From Chrysomallon squamiferum (taxonomy: Eukaryota > Animalia > Mollusca), in the NCBI GenBank assembly GCA_012295275.1, contig CM022665.1, positions 40,114,001 to 40,178,000 of the forward strand: DNA of 64,000 nt, given 5' to 3'. Below the pieces are notes generated by a model. The model was not told the DNA's origin. It saw only the letters and a list, made by a program, of their open reading frames with translations, and searched no databases. A program made the position numbers and the translations under genes. Shown piece after piece: positions 29,563 through 45,594 of the stretch (position 1 is its first letter; each line of letters starts with the position of its first letter).

Positions 29563-30882
29563 AGAACAGACATAAATAAAGAAGAAGAGAGAGTATCAAT
29601 AAACAAAAGGAGAAAAAAGAGAGAGAGAGAGAGAGAGAGAGCAGACATAAAGAGAAGAAGAGAGAGTATCAATAATACAAAAGATTTTTTAAAAAAAGAG
29701 AGAGGCAGGGATTGACAAACACGTGTTAACAAAAGAGAATTTAAAACTTACGTTGGTCCATGGCCTCCATCTCCATATCCAAACAGATAACAGCTTCGTC
29801 CAGATCTGCCTTTGTCCTTAAAATTTTTCACACTGAACAAAACCTGAACCAAAAATCACAAAACACGTTTTATTATTAACTCTGTGGTAATTTTCTCACT
29901 GCTTATCCTTTTAATAATTCTGTTTACATTTCACATACTCTTCAGTGTAGTAATGTTAGACATTTACATGCGAACTGAGTAAGAAATTGAAATTTGTTAA
30001 AAGAATTATAATAAAATTTAAAGTTTTAAAATTTAATAAAAAAAGAAGCATTACCTCCTGCACATCTCCTTTCATACAGTAAGAATCACCAGGAGGAAAA
30101 TGAGTCAACACTGAGGTTCCATCCAGTCCTGACCACCAGAAAGTGTGGTGCTGAAATAATAATAATATTATTATTATATTGACCATAATGATGACCATGA
30201 TGATTGTAGAGAGATAAATAAACAAAAAGTTGGGTTTTTGAAACTTTGTATTTTTTTTTTTTTTTTCCAGCTTTATGTTCTGTTTTTACATTCTTTCACA
30301 TCAAATGAAATAAAAAAATAAAACCACCATACTTTTTGAGAAAACTAAATACAAAGATGTTTCTTCTTTGTTTTCCTTCTTTTTTACATTCATATATATA
30401 AAACTCTAAAAAAAAAAAAAATAATAATAATAATAATATAACACAAATGAGATTAAGCATCAATCCATGTTTTCTTTATTGTAATACTTTAAACTATCAT
30501 CAAATATTAGTTTACAATTAAAAAATAAAAAGTTAGATATTATTTAGATATTTATATATATATATATATATATACTTACTGTAGTTTTTAAATTTCGTTT
30601 TCAAATAAATATAGCATAAAAACTATTCAAATATGTACTTTAATTTAAACTATATAAAATAAACTATATTAAATTAAACTTTATAACATCTGAATTTTAT
30701 TGACTTAATTTTATTAAATATATATCAAGGAATATGACAGAATATTTTTGTGAACTTACAGGAAACTTGTTGACAAGATTCCAGCTTAGTTTCTGTGTGA
30801 GAAATCTTGACATTCCACAATGTTTCATTATCTGTGGTATCTGAGCAGAGTATCCAAATGTGTCTGGTAGCCAGAACTGAAA

Positions 30883-30913
<31 letters not shown>

Positions 30914-31778
30914 ATTTTTAAAAAAAAAAAAAAAAAAAATAAATAAAATAAATAAATAAATAAATATAATTTTAAAAACCAAAACTAAAACTTAAAACTA
31001 ACACAATAAAAAATTAAATTAAATAAATAAATAAATAAATAAATATGATTTTAAAAACTAAAACAACAAAATTTGGTATTATGTATTTATTTATTTTTAC
31101 TGTATATTTTAAAATTATATTTTCTTAATTACTTTTTTATTGGTAACACAGATATTTATTTATTTATTGTTTCATTTATTTATATTTTAAAATTACATTT
31201 ACTTCCTTGCTTTTTTTTACTTCTTAACCTACTTTATTTTATTTTTTTTTTTTTATTTTTTTTTTTCTTTTTTTATCTTAATAATATTTTTAAACATAAT
31301 TTTAAAATACATAAATAAATGAAACAATAAATAAATAAATATCTGTGTTAGCAATTAAAAAGGAAGTAAGAAAATATAATTTTTAAAATATCCAGTAAAA
31401 ATAAATAAATACATAAATAAAATTAATAAAATATTTGTTTAAAAATAATTTTAAAGACAAATTAATTAATATATTCTACCTCGGTACAAGTGATCCCAAA
31501 TTCTTTTCTGAAAAATTGTTGACCATAAAGAAACTGACGCACAAAAGCTTCTCCGCTTGGAATGTTCCCATCCTATAAACAAATGGAAGAGGCAAAAATA
31601 AAAACAAATAAAATAGAAATACTAATTATAAAATTTAAATAAACTAAAAACCATAGTAAATTTTATTATGAACAAATATTATATTTTTATGCTTTACTGG
31701 TGTTATGATTAGCTAAAAGAAAATATATCAGAATTGTTTTATTATTGTTAAATAACATGTTAGAAAGACTACCAACAA

Positions 31779-31816
<38 letters not shown>

Positions 31817-32334
31817 GTGTGAGAAAAAAAAACAACAAATATTTCCTTATTATGTACTGTATATTCAATTTGCATAATCTTTTTAACTTTCTGATGATAC
31901 AATGAAATGAAAGAAATTTTATTTAATTACTAAATTTCGTCACTTTTCTTAACGTGCTTGAAAAAGTAAACATTCAGAATATTAAAAACAAATCAGACAG
32001 GACAGAAACAAACTGTCAACTCCTACCATTTCAACCCAGGATCCACCAACAGGTATAAACCTTCCTTCCTTTGCATAGTGCTTTATCTTCTCATACAGGC
32101 CAGGGTAATGTTGTTTAACCCATTCAAACTGCTGAGCCTATCAAAGTAAAATGAATAAAAACATTTCAAATTAACCATTCATGTTATATTTGAAAAATGG
32201 CCTAAACAGAGTTTGTACACTTCCATTCCAAATATTTCTTTGATTTATGTTAAGTTATGGTTTATGAAAATCCACCAACATGTTATAAACACAGTTTGTT
32301 TTTGAAAATAAACATTCAAATGGTTTAAAAAAAA

Positions 32335-33230
32335 TCAGATATGTTATTTATTTTAGGTAGTTATGGTTTTGAAAATACAGATATGTTATTTATTTTAGGT
32401 AGTTGTCATTTATGAAAATACAGATATGTTATTTATTTTTTTAGGTAGTTGTCATTTATGAAAATATAGATATGTTATTTTTTTAGGTAGTTGTTCATTT
32501 TTTGAAAAAATTTATGTTATTTTTATTTTTTGAAAAAGTGGTTTGAAAATTATATTTATTTTAGGTAGTTGTCATTTATGAAAATGTTTATGATATGTTA
32601 TTTATGTTAGGTAGTTATGGTTTATGAAAATACAGATATGTTATTTATTTTAGGTAGTTGTCATTTATGAAAATACAGATATGTTATTTTGAGTAGTTGT
32701 GGTTTATGAAAATATAGATATGTTATTTATTTTAGGTAGTTATGGTTTATGAAAATACAGATATGTTATTTATTTTAAGTAGTTGTTGTTTATGAAAATA
32801 CAGATATGTTATTTTGAGTAGTTGTGGTTTATGAAAATACAGATATGTTATTTATTTTAGGTAGTTATGGTTTATGAAAATACAGATATGTTATTTATTT
32901 TAGGTAGTTGTTGTTTATGAAAATATAGATATGTTATTTATTTTAAGTAGTTGTGGTTTATGAAAATACAGATATGTTATTTATTTTAAGTAGTTGTTGT
33001 TTATGAAAATACAGATATGTTATTTATTTTAAGTAGTTGTTTATGAAAATATAGATATGTTATTTATTTTAAGTAGTTGTTGTTTATGAAAATACAGATA
33101 TGCTATTTATTTTAAGTAGTTGTTTATGAAAATACAGATATGCTATTTATTTTAAGTAGTTACTGTTTATGAAAATATATATTTATTTTCAGTAGTTGTT
33201 GTTTATGAAAACAGAAAGTTATTTTTTTTA
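32335..33230. repeat. ~43-bp minisatellite, about 20 copies, in a MAN2C1 intron
   Basis: Unit TTTATGAAAATACAGATATGTTATTTATTTTAGGTAGTTGTTG. Confidence 0.95.
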
Positions 33231-34974
33231 ATGTAGTTGTGGTTCATAAAAAATGATTTATCATTCAAATCAGTATTGCACATAACAAACAGCTGGATAT
33301 TAACATGAAACAAAAAAAATCTGTTTAAATTTTAGAACATCTGATATGATACATCAAATATCCATTAATTTATTTATGACTGAAGACAGTATTACTTTTT
33401 AATATTTTTACATACATTATTATGACAAAAACAAGAACAGTAAGAACTATGATTAATACTATTACTACCACTACTACTACCACCATTATAATTATTATTA
33501 TTATTACAAGTACAAAACTGCATGTTTAACAAAAGGAAATTAGAGAAATAAGAACACTACCTGTGAACAAGTAAACACAAATTGTGGATACTGCTCCATC
33601 AATCTAACTGTTGTACTCCAGGATCGGGCACATTTTCTAATTGTCTCTGCATAAGGCCACAACCAAGCTACAAATAACATTTCAACACAATAAATAAATA
33701 AATAAATAAATACATAAAAGAGGAAGAAAAATAAGTAAAAGAAAAACAGTAACAAATATATAAATAAATAAAGGAAAATAAATCACAAATGAAAAGGATA
33801 AGAAAGTAATATTTTAAGATGCACAAAAACCATAAGCATACTTTCTATCACACACACACACACACATCCATACCAACACACACACACACACACCAGTCAT
33901 CTGTGTACACACAGAAATAACCATTGCACAAATTAATGAAACCAAATGTTACCTGTGTCAATGTGGGCATGTCCCATGGCATGGATCACATGTTGACTGT
34001 CACCATTCTTTTGTGAAAAAAATTGTTTTCCTAACTCTCTTCCTCTGAAACAGCAAGTACAAACACACTAAAATGCCCACAACAATACATAGACATGGTT
34101 TTGCTACTTTTCATCCATGAAAATGTTTTTAAATAAAAGTCTGTTCCGTAGCAAAAACTTTTAAAAATTGTTAACTGATATTTTTGTTTATATTTTATTA
34201 TTATTATTATTATTATTAATCTGCATTTTGTTTTTCTGGCTTTTTGGGGTTCAGTTTATTCATTAGCATTAAAAACTTCACCTCACTCTCCCTCCATCCC
34301 TCTCACACACGAACACCAACCCCCAGACACACACACACACACACACAAATTACTGGACTCACTTGCTATAAGAAGTCTTGTTTCCTACTTCTATCTGATT
34401 GATGATGTTGTTGACAGCATACAAAGACTGGTAACTTCTTTCACTGTCAGCTGGCAAGTCCTAAATTTTAAAAATACTTTTTAAATAAAATCTTCTACCA
34501 CAAATCTTCTATCATACTTAATTTAACTGTTCCCTCCACTTCTCAGAAACTAGTGCAACAAACATAACATTTCATTGCTTTAATCTTATCTTACTGTTTT
34601 TAACTGAACATTTTCTATCATTTGCAGTTACATGAGCTTGTAAAGAATGCGTCTGCTGGTTAATTTATAAAACGAAGCAGTGACTTCCATGTAATGGAGT
34701 GTTTGTAACTACAACATCATAATTATTTAGTGAGTAATTTGATTCAGTAGCAGAATGCATAACTTGTAGACACATAAATATACAAACTGGAGATCCTTTA
34801 TCCAAAGTTTTTCTGAGAAATAGAAATAGTGGAATCTTACAGTTTTCAGACTGTTTTTCATACACAAAATTCTTAAAATTATTATTAAAAAACATTGTTA
34901 AAAAGTTATTAAAAAATTAATTGTACAAGCTGTATATGAAATATAAATTGTAGTCATATTCTGATTCATATTCT

Positions 34975-35090
34975 ATAGACAGGCTAGGCTGTCTCCTTAT
35001 AATCAAAAATCCTAAAAAATTTTTAAAAAAAATGAAATTCAAAGCATATCCAGTTTGAAATATTCTGAATAAGGGATTCTCAATCTGTAC
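34975..35090. mobile_element. Short Tigger-type MITE
   Basis: Ends acaggctaggctgtctccttat... and ...ataagggattctcaatctgta are weak inverted repeats. Confidence 0.35.
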
Positions 35091-36129
35091 CTAACTAACT
35101 AATTTTCAGTAACAGTTTTTTTATTTTTTTTTATTTTTTTATATCTACTTTAACTAAATATATAAAAAAATAATAATAATAATAGCAGATCAAGAATATA
35201 TTCAAAGTACCTTTGCCATTTCATAAAGAACCATTAAGTCCCAGAATAAATTGTCTGCTTCCCTGTCAAAAATGGCCAATTCAGCTTTTGACAGTTTATA
35301 TGTTCTGTCGGGATCTGTTGGTGAAATTGTTCCACCTTTTCCTGCCCCAAACAAACCATTGCAGGCCATTTCTATGTATAAAGACTGTCTGAAAAAAAAA
35401 AACAAAAAAAAAATATTTTAAATATTTTGTAAAATAGTAATTTCCCTCTAAAATGTCTCACAAATACAAAAAATTAAGACAATTTAACAGTATATCTGCT
35501 GATAAAATATTACAAAGGAAATTAATTTTTTGTTCTCCCTCTTCAAAATAATTATTACTTTATTCCAAAAAATTAATATCTGTTATTTTAAAAATAATAT
35601 TTATGCTTTCTGTATTAAATTACTAATGTAGTTTTAATGTATTTTGTTGCACTTTGACCATTTTCCTGACAGTTAAATACTTGGTTTTTTTTTATAAATA
35701 GTATCTCAAATTTATCCTTGTTAAAATATTCTGTTTTAAAAAACAATATGAAGTAACATCTCCAAATGGAGACAAAAGACAAACAATATCGCTAATAAGA
35801 AATATATATTCATACAGACATAAATAAATATACAAATACATACCACATAAACACAAAAATACACATATACCTGCACACTCACAATTTCTAATGTGAACAC
35901 ACATTAAAATATACATACAGACATGAAAATAAACATTTTAAAATTACTTCATTTTTCTTTTTTCTGTTTTCTAGACAAAATAAAGTCTTCTCTACCAGAT
36001 TCATGTTCTCCACTTAAACCCTGAAAAATATGACAACTGAAATGATTTGTATAAATAAAATAAAAAAATAATAAAAAATAGCTGCAGAATAATAGTAGTA
36101 GTAGCAGAAGCCATATTTGTTGTAATAGT

Positions 36130-37830
36130 TGATATGGACCATAACAGATCGAAAGCTACATCTACTGATTTTAAGGCTGGTTTTACAAAAGAATTTAATT
36201 CTTTTACTTTTTTTTGGAGAGCTTTAGGGAGAGTAGAATTGGCGAGATTCTCCTCCAGGAATTTCATGTGATGTATGCATTGCAGAATGCCATACATCAG
36301 TTTTACTAAACTTGGCAGAAGGTTTGTTTTGTTGCTAACGTTATTTTTTGATTTTGGGTTTTTGGTATTATTTAGTTACACCATGTTTTCTAAGGTAAAT
36401 ACATATACAGACAAAAAAGAAAGGTACAAGTAGATAACTATACACAAAAAAAGTACAAGTAGATAACTATACACAAAAAATTACAAGTAGATAACTATAC
36501 ACAAAAAAAGTACAAGTAGATAACTATACACAAAAAAGTACAAGTAGATAACTATACACAAAAAAGTACAAGTAGATAACTATACACAAAAAAGTACAAG
36601 TAGATAACTATACACAAAAAAGTACAAGTAGATAACTAAATTCTTTAAAAAGAAAGAATGTTTACACTGTCTGGCTGGCTAACTAGTTTCGCAATACTGC
36701 GCTTCTTCAGAGCCTAAGAGGTGAATCCAAAGAAAGTTTGGTTGTTGGCTCATTTATGATATATTTGACTAATACATTCAGTGGGTGTGAAATGTGCTCG
36801 CAATTATAGAGATCACACTGGATCAGAAATCTTATTGTTAAGGGTCTGGGATGTTCATTACAACAAGCTGTAGTAACAATGGATGTGTTCACAACTGGCC
36901 ACTTTTGGTTTAAATTCAAAGTCGTTGCCCTTTAAGCTTAATTCAAGTAATTCCATAATAATTTCGGTTGGTCTGACTGTATTTGGATATTTTTCTAACG
37001 CTCTCTCAACTGATTCCATGCCTGCATCGATGTTTATGTTAGTGTACATGGAATCAATATCCAGGGTAACTGAAAAGGAGTTTGGTGGTATTTTTGTTTT
37101 AGATAAAAGATCATCTGTATTTTCAACAAAACTAGCATGTCTCTTTGCAATTGGTTTTAAATAAAAGTCAATATATTTGGAAATGTTATAAGATTCCGAT
37201 CCACAATCAGAGATGGTAAGACAGTTCATCTGTTTTTTTATTTATGTGACTCTCTTCCTGTTGACGAACAATAATTCTGTTGAATTTATTTTTATTGGTT
37301 CGCCACATGGCTTCCTACAATTTTTTATAATATTTCGTATTATTTAGTTGTCTATGGGTTTCGCGGATGTGATTTTCCCTTGACAAAATAACAGTTGCTG
37401 ATCCTTTGTCTGTTGGTTTGATTATTATTTTGAGATTTTTGCATAGATTGTTGACAGCATGTCATTCCATAACCGAGAGATTTTGTTTATTTGAATAAGC
37501 TGTTAATTTTCTATCATTTTCATATACATTTCTGTAAGTTTTTACGATCTCAGGATCAATTTTTGAATTATCAGGTGTCCAACCAGAATTTTCTGTCAAT
37601 GGTAGTTCTTCTCCACTTGAGTTTTTAAAATAACCGGCTAATTTCACCTTATGTTCAAAAATAGCTCAGTCCATTATGCCATCATCAAGAAGCCCTTCTA
37701 AACCAGTTTTGGGCTGAAGGGTAGGAACAAAGTTAAGACCTCAGTCCAACAGTGACTTTTCAGCGGTTGTTAGAAAGTTATTGTTTCCTGTTAGATTTAC
37801 GATGTTTGTACCTAACCCTATATTATGGTG
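36130..37830 (-). mobile_element. Penelope-like retroelement remnant (reverse transcriptase)
   Basis: Fragments NLT...EKSLLD*GLNFVP, IKPTDKGSATVI, ISDCGSESYNISKYIDFYLKP, TLDIDSMYTNI, LLELSLKGNDFEF. Confidence 0.85.
36420..36638. repeat. 29-31-bp tandem repeat, about 7 copies
   Basis: Unit AAGTACAAGTAGATAACTATACACAAAAA. Confidence 0.95.
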
Positions 37831-40401
37831 GTTAATACCATTACCTGAATTTAATTTTTTTTATTTATTTATTTTACCTGTATTGGTTCTCCATTTATCC
37901 AAACCATGGCTTCAGCACTACAGTTCCACAACAGCCTCACCTCAGAATCTTCCCAAGCAGATGGAATATCTATCTCAGCACGAAACCAGTGAGTTGACCA
38001 CCTTGAAAATAAATAATATATATTAATAAATATACTTAAAATGAATGAATTAATGAATGAAAATACTTGCCATTATCATGTTTTTAAAACAAATGAAATT
38101 TTCAAAATGAGTTGTTACTACAGTGACAGTATTTAGCTTGTATACATATAAGATGCCAGATATAAGTCAGTGCATTAATTTGTGAATATTTAGACTACGT
38201 ATACAATGACATAGAAAAGATAACAAGAAAAATGAGAAGAAATAGAGCAGAAGTATATACAACAAACAAACAAAATAAATAAATTTTAAAAAATAATTCA
38301 AGAAATATTCTTTAATATCTATATGTGATTACTTATACAATTTAATAAAAAAAAAAAAAAAAAAAAAAATAGGGGAAAAATTATTCTTTAATTTCCATAG
38401 ATCCCTTCAGTTCTTACGTGGGTCCAAATGATTGGCCAACAGATACTGGAGAGTAATCTCCCTTGATAGCCTCTTCATAAGGAATTCTTCCAGGAGCTTC
38501 ATAATGTTCTATCTTGGTTACACGGGCATGGTCACGATACAACCTGAAATCACACAATGTAGAAATATTAAAACAAGAGATGGTATATAAAGATTAGATA
38601 CAAATGGTTTAAATATTCAGCATATATTAAACTTGAAATTAACCTAGAGAACAGGAAGAAACTGGTTAAAATATTAGAATGCTATGCTTAATATTTATAT
38701 ATATATGTAGATGTGTAACATTTTTATTTATTATTATATTTTCTATATGTATTTTATTACTGGCATTATGATTATGATTAAGATTATTATTATTTGTCGT
38801 TATTATCAAATCAAATTGTTATTATTATTATTATCATCAGTATTATTACATGTACTCTTATTATCATCAACATCATATTTACTACTATTGAAACTGCTTT
38901 ATTATTTTGAAACATTCTTGGCCCTGTTATTTCTTCATAATTTTAGACTATATTCTGTTATAACTGTATTTGATACATACTTTCCAAACAGATTAACATC
39001 TGTAAAGTAGACAGATGAAAGAAATTTGTCTGCTCTTTCAAGAGTTGTTCTCCTGTTTTTGAAAACCACATGATCCATGTTCAAGTTACAACTGGCAATC
39101 AAAAAGAGCCTTTGAAAATAACATTAATAATATAATGAAGATTTGGTATTTACAATCAGAACATATAACAAATTTTATGTTCTTCGTTAATAGTTATTAT
39201 ATGTAATATTGAATTAGAATGAATTAGATAATCTTAACATTTCTGTGTGTGTGTGTGCATGCAAGCATGTGTGCAGATATGTGTTTTATGCATGTAACTT
39301 TGATGTGATGTTATGCTGCCTTAACTGGCTATTATTTAATCTATATAACACTTCCTCCAACATATAAATAAAAAAAAAAAAAAAAAAAATTACTGGAAAG
39401 ATGGTGCCAAAAAAAAATAAAGAAATGCATATATAATATGTCATATTAAGGCAATGAGGCATATTTGCATGTCAGTGAAATTATAATGTGCATCTCATTT
39501 TTATCTTCATCTGTGCACATCTTTAAATAAATACATTTTAAAAATTAATGGATGATAACAGTGTGGTTTAACAAATATTAAGAATGAACTTCTGCACAAA
39601 AAAAAAATATTTGTACAAAAGCTCTGACATATTATAGTCATGGCATTATTTATAAAAACTATTCATATTATGACATGGTAAAATTGAACAAGCTGATGAT
39701 AAATGATCCTATTTTTTAACCCAGTATGATTATCTGAGTATGAATATTCTGTTATTTTTTCAAAATGCTAGCTAATGGGACATTTTGCCAACTTTACCAC
39801 TTTTCGTCTCAAACTCTCCATGACGAAATGACATCATATCTTAAAAAGGAAAAATAATTACTGATTACCCTTAAAATCGAAGTTGTTCGTTGCATGTATC
39901 TATAATTATCTTAATAAACCAATCGGAATCTTCATCAGACGCAGGCTACTCAAACATGAGCGTTTTAAAATGTTACCGTTCAAATTACCTATGTGACAAT
40001 AACCTGATACAACCGATCGAATAACAGTATGTCTGAATTTCCAAGAACTGAAAGAAATTCACGTATCTGTTACACACTAAACTGTATTTTTTGGCGTGAT
40101 ACAAAAAACATGCATTTACTGCTATTCTTCTTTGTATATTTCCGCCATTATTGATTCGCACTACGTTATAAACATCAACGGCTTTATCGTTTAGCTTTTT
40201 TAAAACACAGAACAGATTACGTATTTGTTAAAGTATTTCTAATAGTGACAGTAATAATAATAGTTAATGTTACCAAACAGATGTTTGATTAAAGCAAACT
40301 AAAAACAAGCTTAATAATAATAATAATAAATCAAAGACATTTTTAATAAGCATTTGAAAGCAGCAAAGGGAGTGAAATAGATTATTAATGATTATTAATT
40401 A

Positions 40402-40998
40402 ATATGCATGGGTGGGTGTGTATTTTATTTTATTGTAAATTCCTTAATCATGTTACTTTTTTTATGAAGGTGAGATTGTTTGTTGTTGTTGTTGTTTTTT
40501 TTTTTTTTTTTTTTTAATTTTAATTATTTGTTTATTTATTATTTTTACATTTGATCTTTTTGAATAATAAATAAGTTATAAAATATTATCCAGTAGCATA
40601 AAATTTAAGAAGAGGAAACAAAATTGGCCATTAAATATCTCAAATCTTTATTCTCTTTGTTTTATATCACAAATAAATCTTTTAATCACTTTTATTTTTT
40701 ATTTCATTAAAACACAATCACAATATTGAAGTCATCGGCATCATTTATTTCGAACAACAAATATTTGGCATTCCTCGCTATAGTCTAAGCACTTTATTTA
40801 CAAACATAAATAAACATCTATCTAGGTAATTTCGTTTGGCGGATTGTCCAACGATTAAATATCCCTGACGACTTTTATATTGTTTTTTATCAGCCGTGTT
40901 AGGTTGGTTTTTTCTTTATTAATAACATCCTGCAATGAAATTGCGTGGTTATGGACATTGCACCACTAACACTGTCATTTGGTTTCTCAGTTAAAATT
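40402..40998. repeat. Diverged copy of the GTF2E1 downstream flank (58173-58770), right half
   Basis: Starts atgggtgggtgt, the sequence that follows the (TA)n tract at 58173. Ends ...gttaaaatt as at 58770. Confidence 0.85.
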
Positions 40999-41254
40999 CG
41001 CGGACATTCTCGCCTGAAGATGGAATCGTTTATATGCGTGTTACCACAGAGATAAAAGACTTACCACAGCCTTTTGCAAACCATTGTAATGGAGCAGTGG
41101 TTGTAATGGAACATAGCCTAAAAGGGACCGGTGTGAAAGCTTGATCTCGTCATCTATCACACTGAATATTGATGTTATAATCACTGAGAAATATTCCGGG
41201 TCCAGGGGCGGATTCAGGGGGATTTCCCAATCGCACAAACACCCTCCCAAGCAA

Positions 41255-41305
<51 letters not shown>

Positions 41306-41375
41306 GTAAATAAATAAATAAATATGTAAATAAATAAATAAATACATGAATAAATAAATAAATAAATAAAAATAA

Positions 41376-41408
<33 letters not shown>

Positions 41409-42494
41409 TGATGTCCACAGCAGTGGTAAGCAGAGGGGTGGGGCCGAAGGTATGGCGGCCGCGGGCACCCAGATTGGAGGGGCCATCCAATCAGAGAAAA
41501 GAACTTAATTAATTTGGTTGATTTATATTTAAATCGAATAAAGTGTTTATTTTATATTTCATCTCTGTTTATATATTCAAAATACCTGCCTTATACTTGC
41601 GATTTTAGGGCATAGAGTCAAGGAGATGGCATCACCAGACCTCTGCACGCCATTGGTCCACAGACATATATATATGCTCGCTTCCCCTCCTGTAGTTGCA
41701 CAAGTGACACTGAAGTTGATGTGCGTACAGTCTTTGTTGCATTCGTTTTGAAACTGAGGACAACGTATGACGACATTGCAGGCGCACATGCTGCTCAGTG
41801 TGAACGAAGGCAAGTGACTGTATTAAGTAGCACTGATGTACGCATCAGTTTGAAACAGTTCACAACAAACACTCACTCACTCAGTCTCACTCTGTCTCAT
41901 GCATCCTGTAAAATTTATAATTTCAAACTGTAAACGTTTACATATTGCTTTGGAAATCCCCTCCTTACCTAAAGTTTAATCCGCCTCTTGGGTCTATTAT
42001 GCAAAAGTGCAAACTTGATTGTACGAGTTTAATTCATATTACGAAGTAAAAGATCAATTCCCACGTATATCTAGATCTTTTAAAATGGTTAGTATTCTGA
42101 AGACTCATTCTTTCTTGGCTTTTTGCGTCCATTCTTTAAAATTGTACGCTTTTTTGTCAAGGTAAAGGTGTTAAAATAATAGGTCTTGAGAAAATATATT
42201 AAATGTTTTACAATAATAATAACAGGAACACTTACTACTATGACAGTTTTAATTACTTTAGTTTTATTTTTTTTTTTTTTTTTTATTATTTTACTTATTA
42301 TGTTTTTAACTTTTAAAATTTTTAGAATAATATATTTTATTATCAAATAAATAAACATACTTAAAAATGGTATGAAATAAGCACGTTTATATATGAGAAA
42401 GGTTAAGAAAAAAAAATATGACATATTGGTACCAGTAACATATATATAATCCTACAAATAGAAAAAAAAAAAAAAAAAAAAAAATAAATAAATA

Positions 42495-42559
<65 letters not shown>

Positions 42560-43563
42560 TAATACAAATAATATAATTTATATTATTGTAAATTATTTTT
42601 GGTGCTAAAAAGTTTTAAAAGTTCTGAAATTTTTTAAATGATGACATTTTTTAAAAATGATGACACTTTTTGAAAAACTTCTATTACCTATTTGGCCCAA
42701 AAAATACATGAAAATATCTGCTATTACCTATGCTTTGGCCCAAATACTAGAATAACAGAAAAACTTATTTTAAAAGCTCTGCATACTATTAATAAGTTCA
42801 AAGCAGTGAAATGAAAATGTTAAAATCTGCCGACTTTTCCTTCAATTCTGAATACAACAGTGTCATTGTTTTGTTATTTAATTCTGCGCTGTACTTTGTG
42901 GGTAATGGTGTCTGTGTGTCTGAGAGATTTTACAAATGTACTCAAATCTGTTATTAAATTCCATTCCAGTTTATGTTAAGCTGCTAATCGGCATAATGTG
43001 CATACTGACCCAATCACTGCGTCATTGCTCGATCGTCCGTTTATACCTCTGTTTGTGCGTGCGTGCATGCGTCTGTGTGTGAGAGGAGAATACTTCTCCT
43101 GGGGTTATTTAAAGTGGTATAAACTGAAGTTTTGCAACATACATTACAGAATTATGAAGATGACTGAAGATGAAATAAGCCTCTTTATTCAGAGAAATAA
43201 AATAAACTGAAGCTCAAATGTACACGGGATTTAAGAAATTGATACGCACCGTGCAAATACATTTTTCTGTTTATTTATTTAAAGCCTATTTTGTTGGGAC
43301 GTATGATTCGAACCATCTTGAAATGTAGTTCGCCAGTCTTGAACCCTCCCTAACTCCGAGCTCGCAAATTATTTAAATTATTACATTCATATATTCTATA
43401 ATAATAAAATAGAAAAATAAATAAATAATAATAATAAAAATAAAAATAAATAAATAAATAAATAAAATATAATAGAAGAAAACAAAAAACACACACACAC
43501 ACACACCCCAAAAAACAACAAAAAAACAAACAAAGAAAATGCATTATGCTTGTTTCTCTTTAA

Positions 43564-45527
<1,964 letters not shown>

Positions 45528-45544
45528 CTTTGTTAATAAGAAGC

Positions 45545-45594
45545 TGACGTATGTTGACATAGCAACGTCGAAAGGTTACCGAGACGGGCGGGAA
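45545..45594 (-). promoter_or_regulatory. CRE-like / RFX X-box promoter of paralog 2
   Basis: TGACGT at 45545-45550, GTTGACATAGCAAC at 45553-45566, then GGGCGGGAA. Confidence 0.6.

Larger units (their letters stand above)
23034..39078 (-). pseudogene. MAN2C1: Cytosolic alpha-mannosidase 2C1 (GH38), 24 exons, disrupted and 3'-truncated
   Basis: Exons: 39078-38981, 38543-38418, 38001-37878, 36020-35948, 35388-35211, 34460-34363, 34044-33953, 33667-33561, 32137-32027, 31572-31480, 30876-30760, 30150-30055, 29843-29752, 29101-29048, 28576-28450, 27844-27656, 27356-27326, 26935-26877, 26036-25886, 24919-24837, 24646-24555, 23898-23794, 23536-23467, 23120-23034. Motifs [39 protein letters not shown]. 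Lesions: 1-nt frameshift in exon 4, TGA at 23832-23834 replacing a conserved Trp, C-terminal exons not found. Gene identity is near certain; pseudogene status less so. Confidence 0.8.

Noticed and set aside
17247-40401. Helitron or TIR-element identity for the cassette
   Set aside because: No 5'-TC / CTRR-3' with hairpin in either orientation; only a weak AT-rich TCATTAATAA inverted match.
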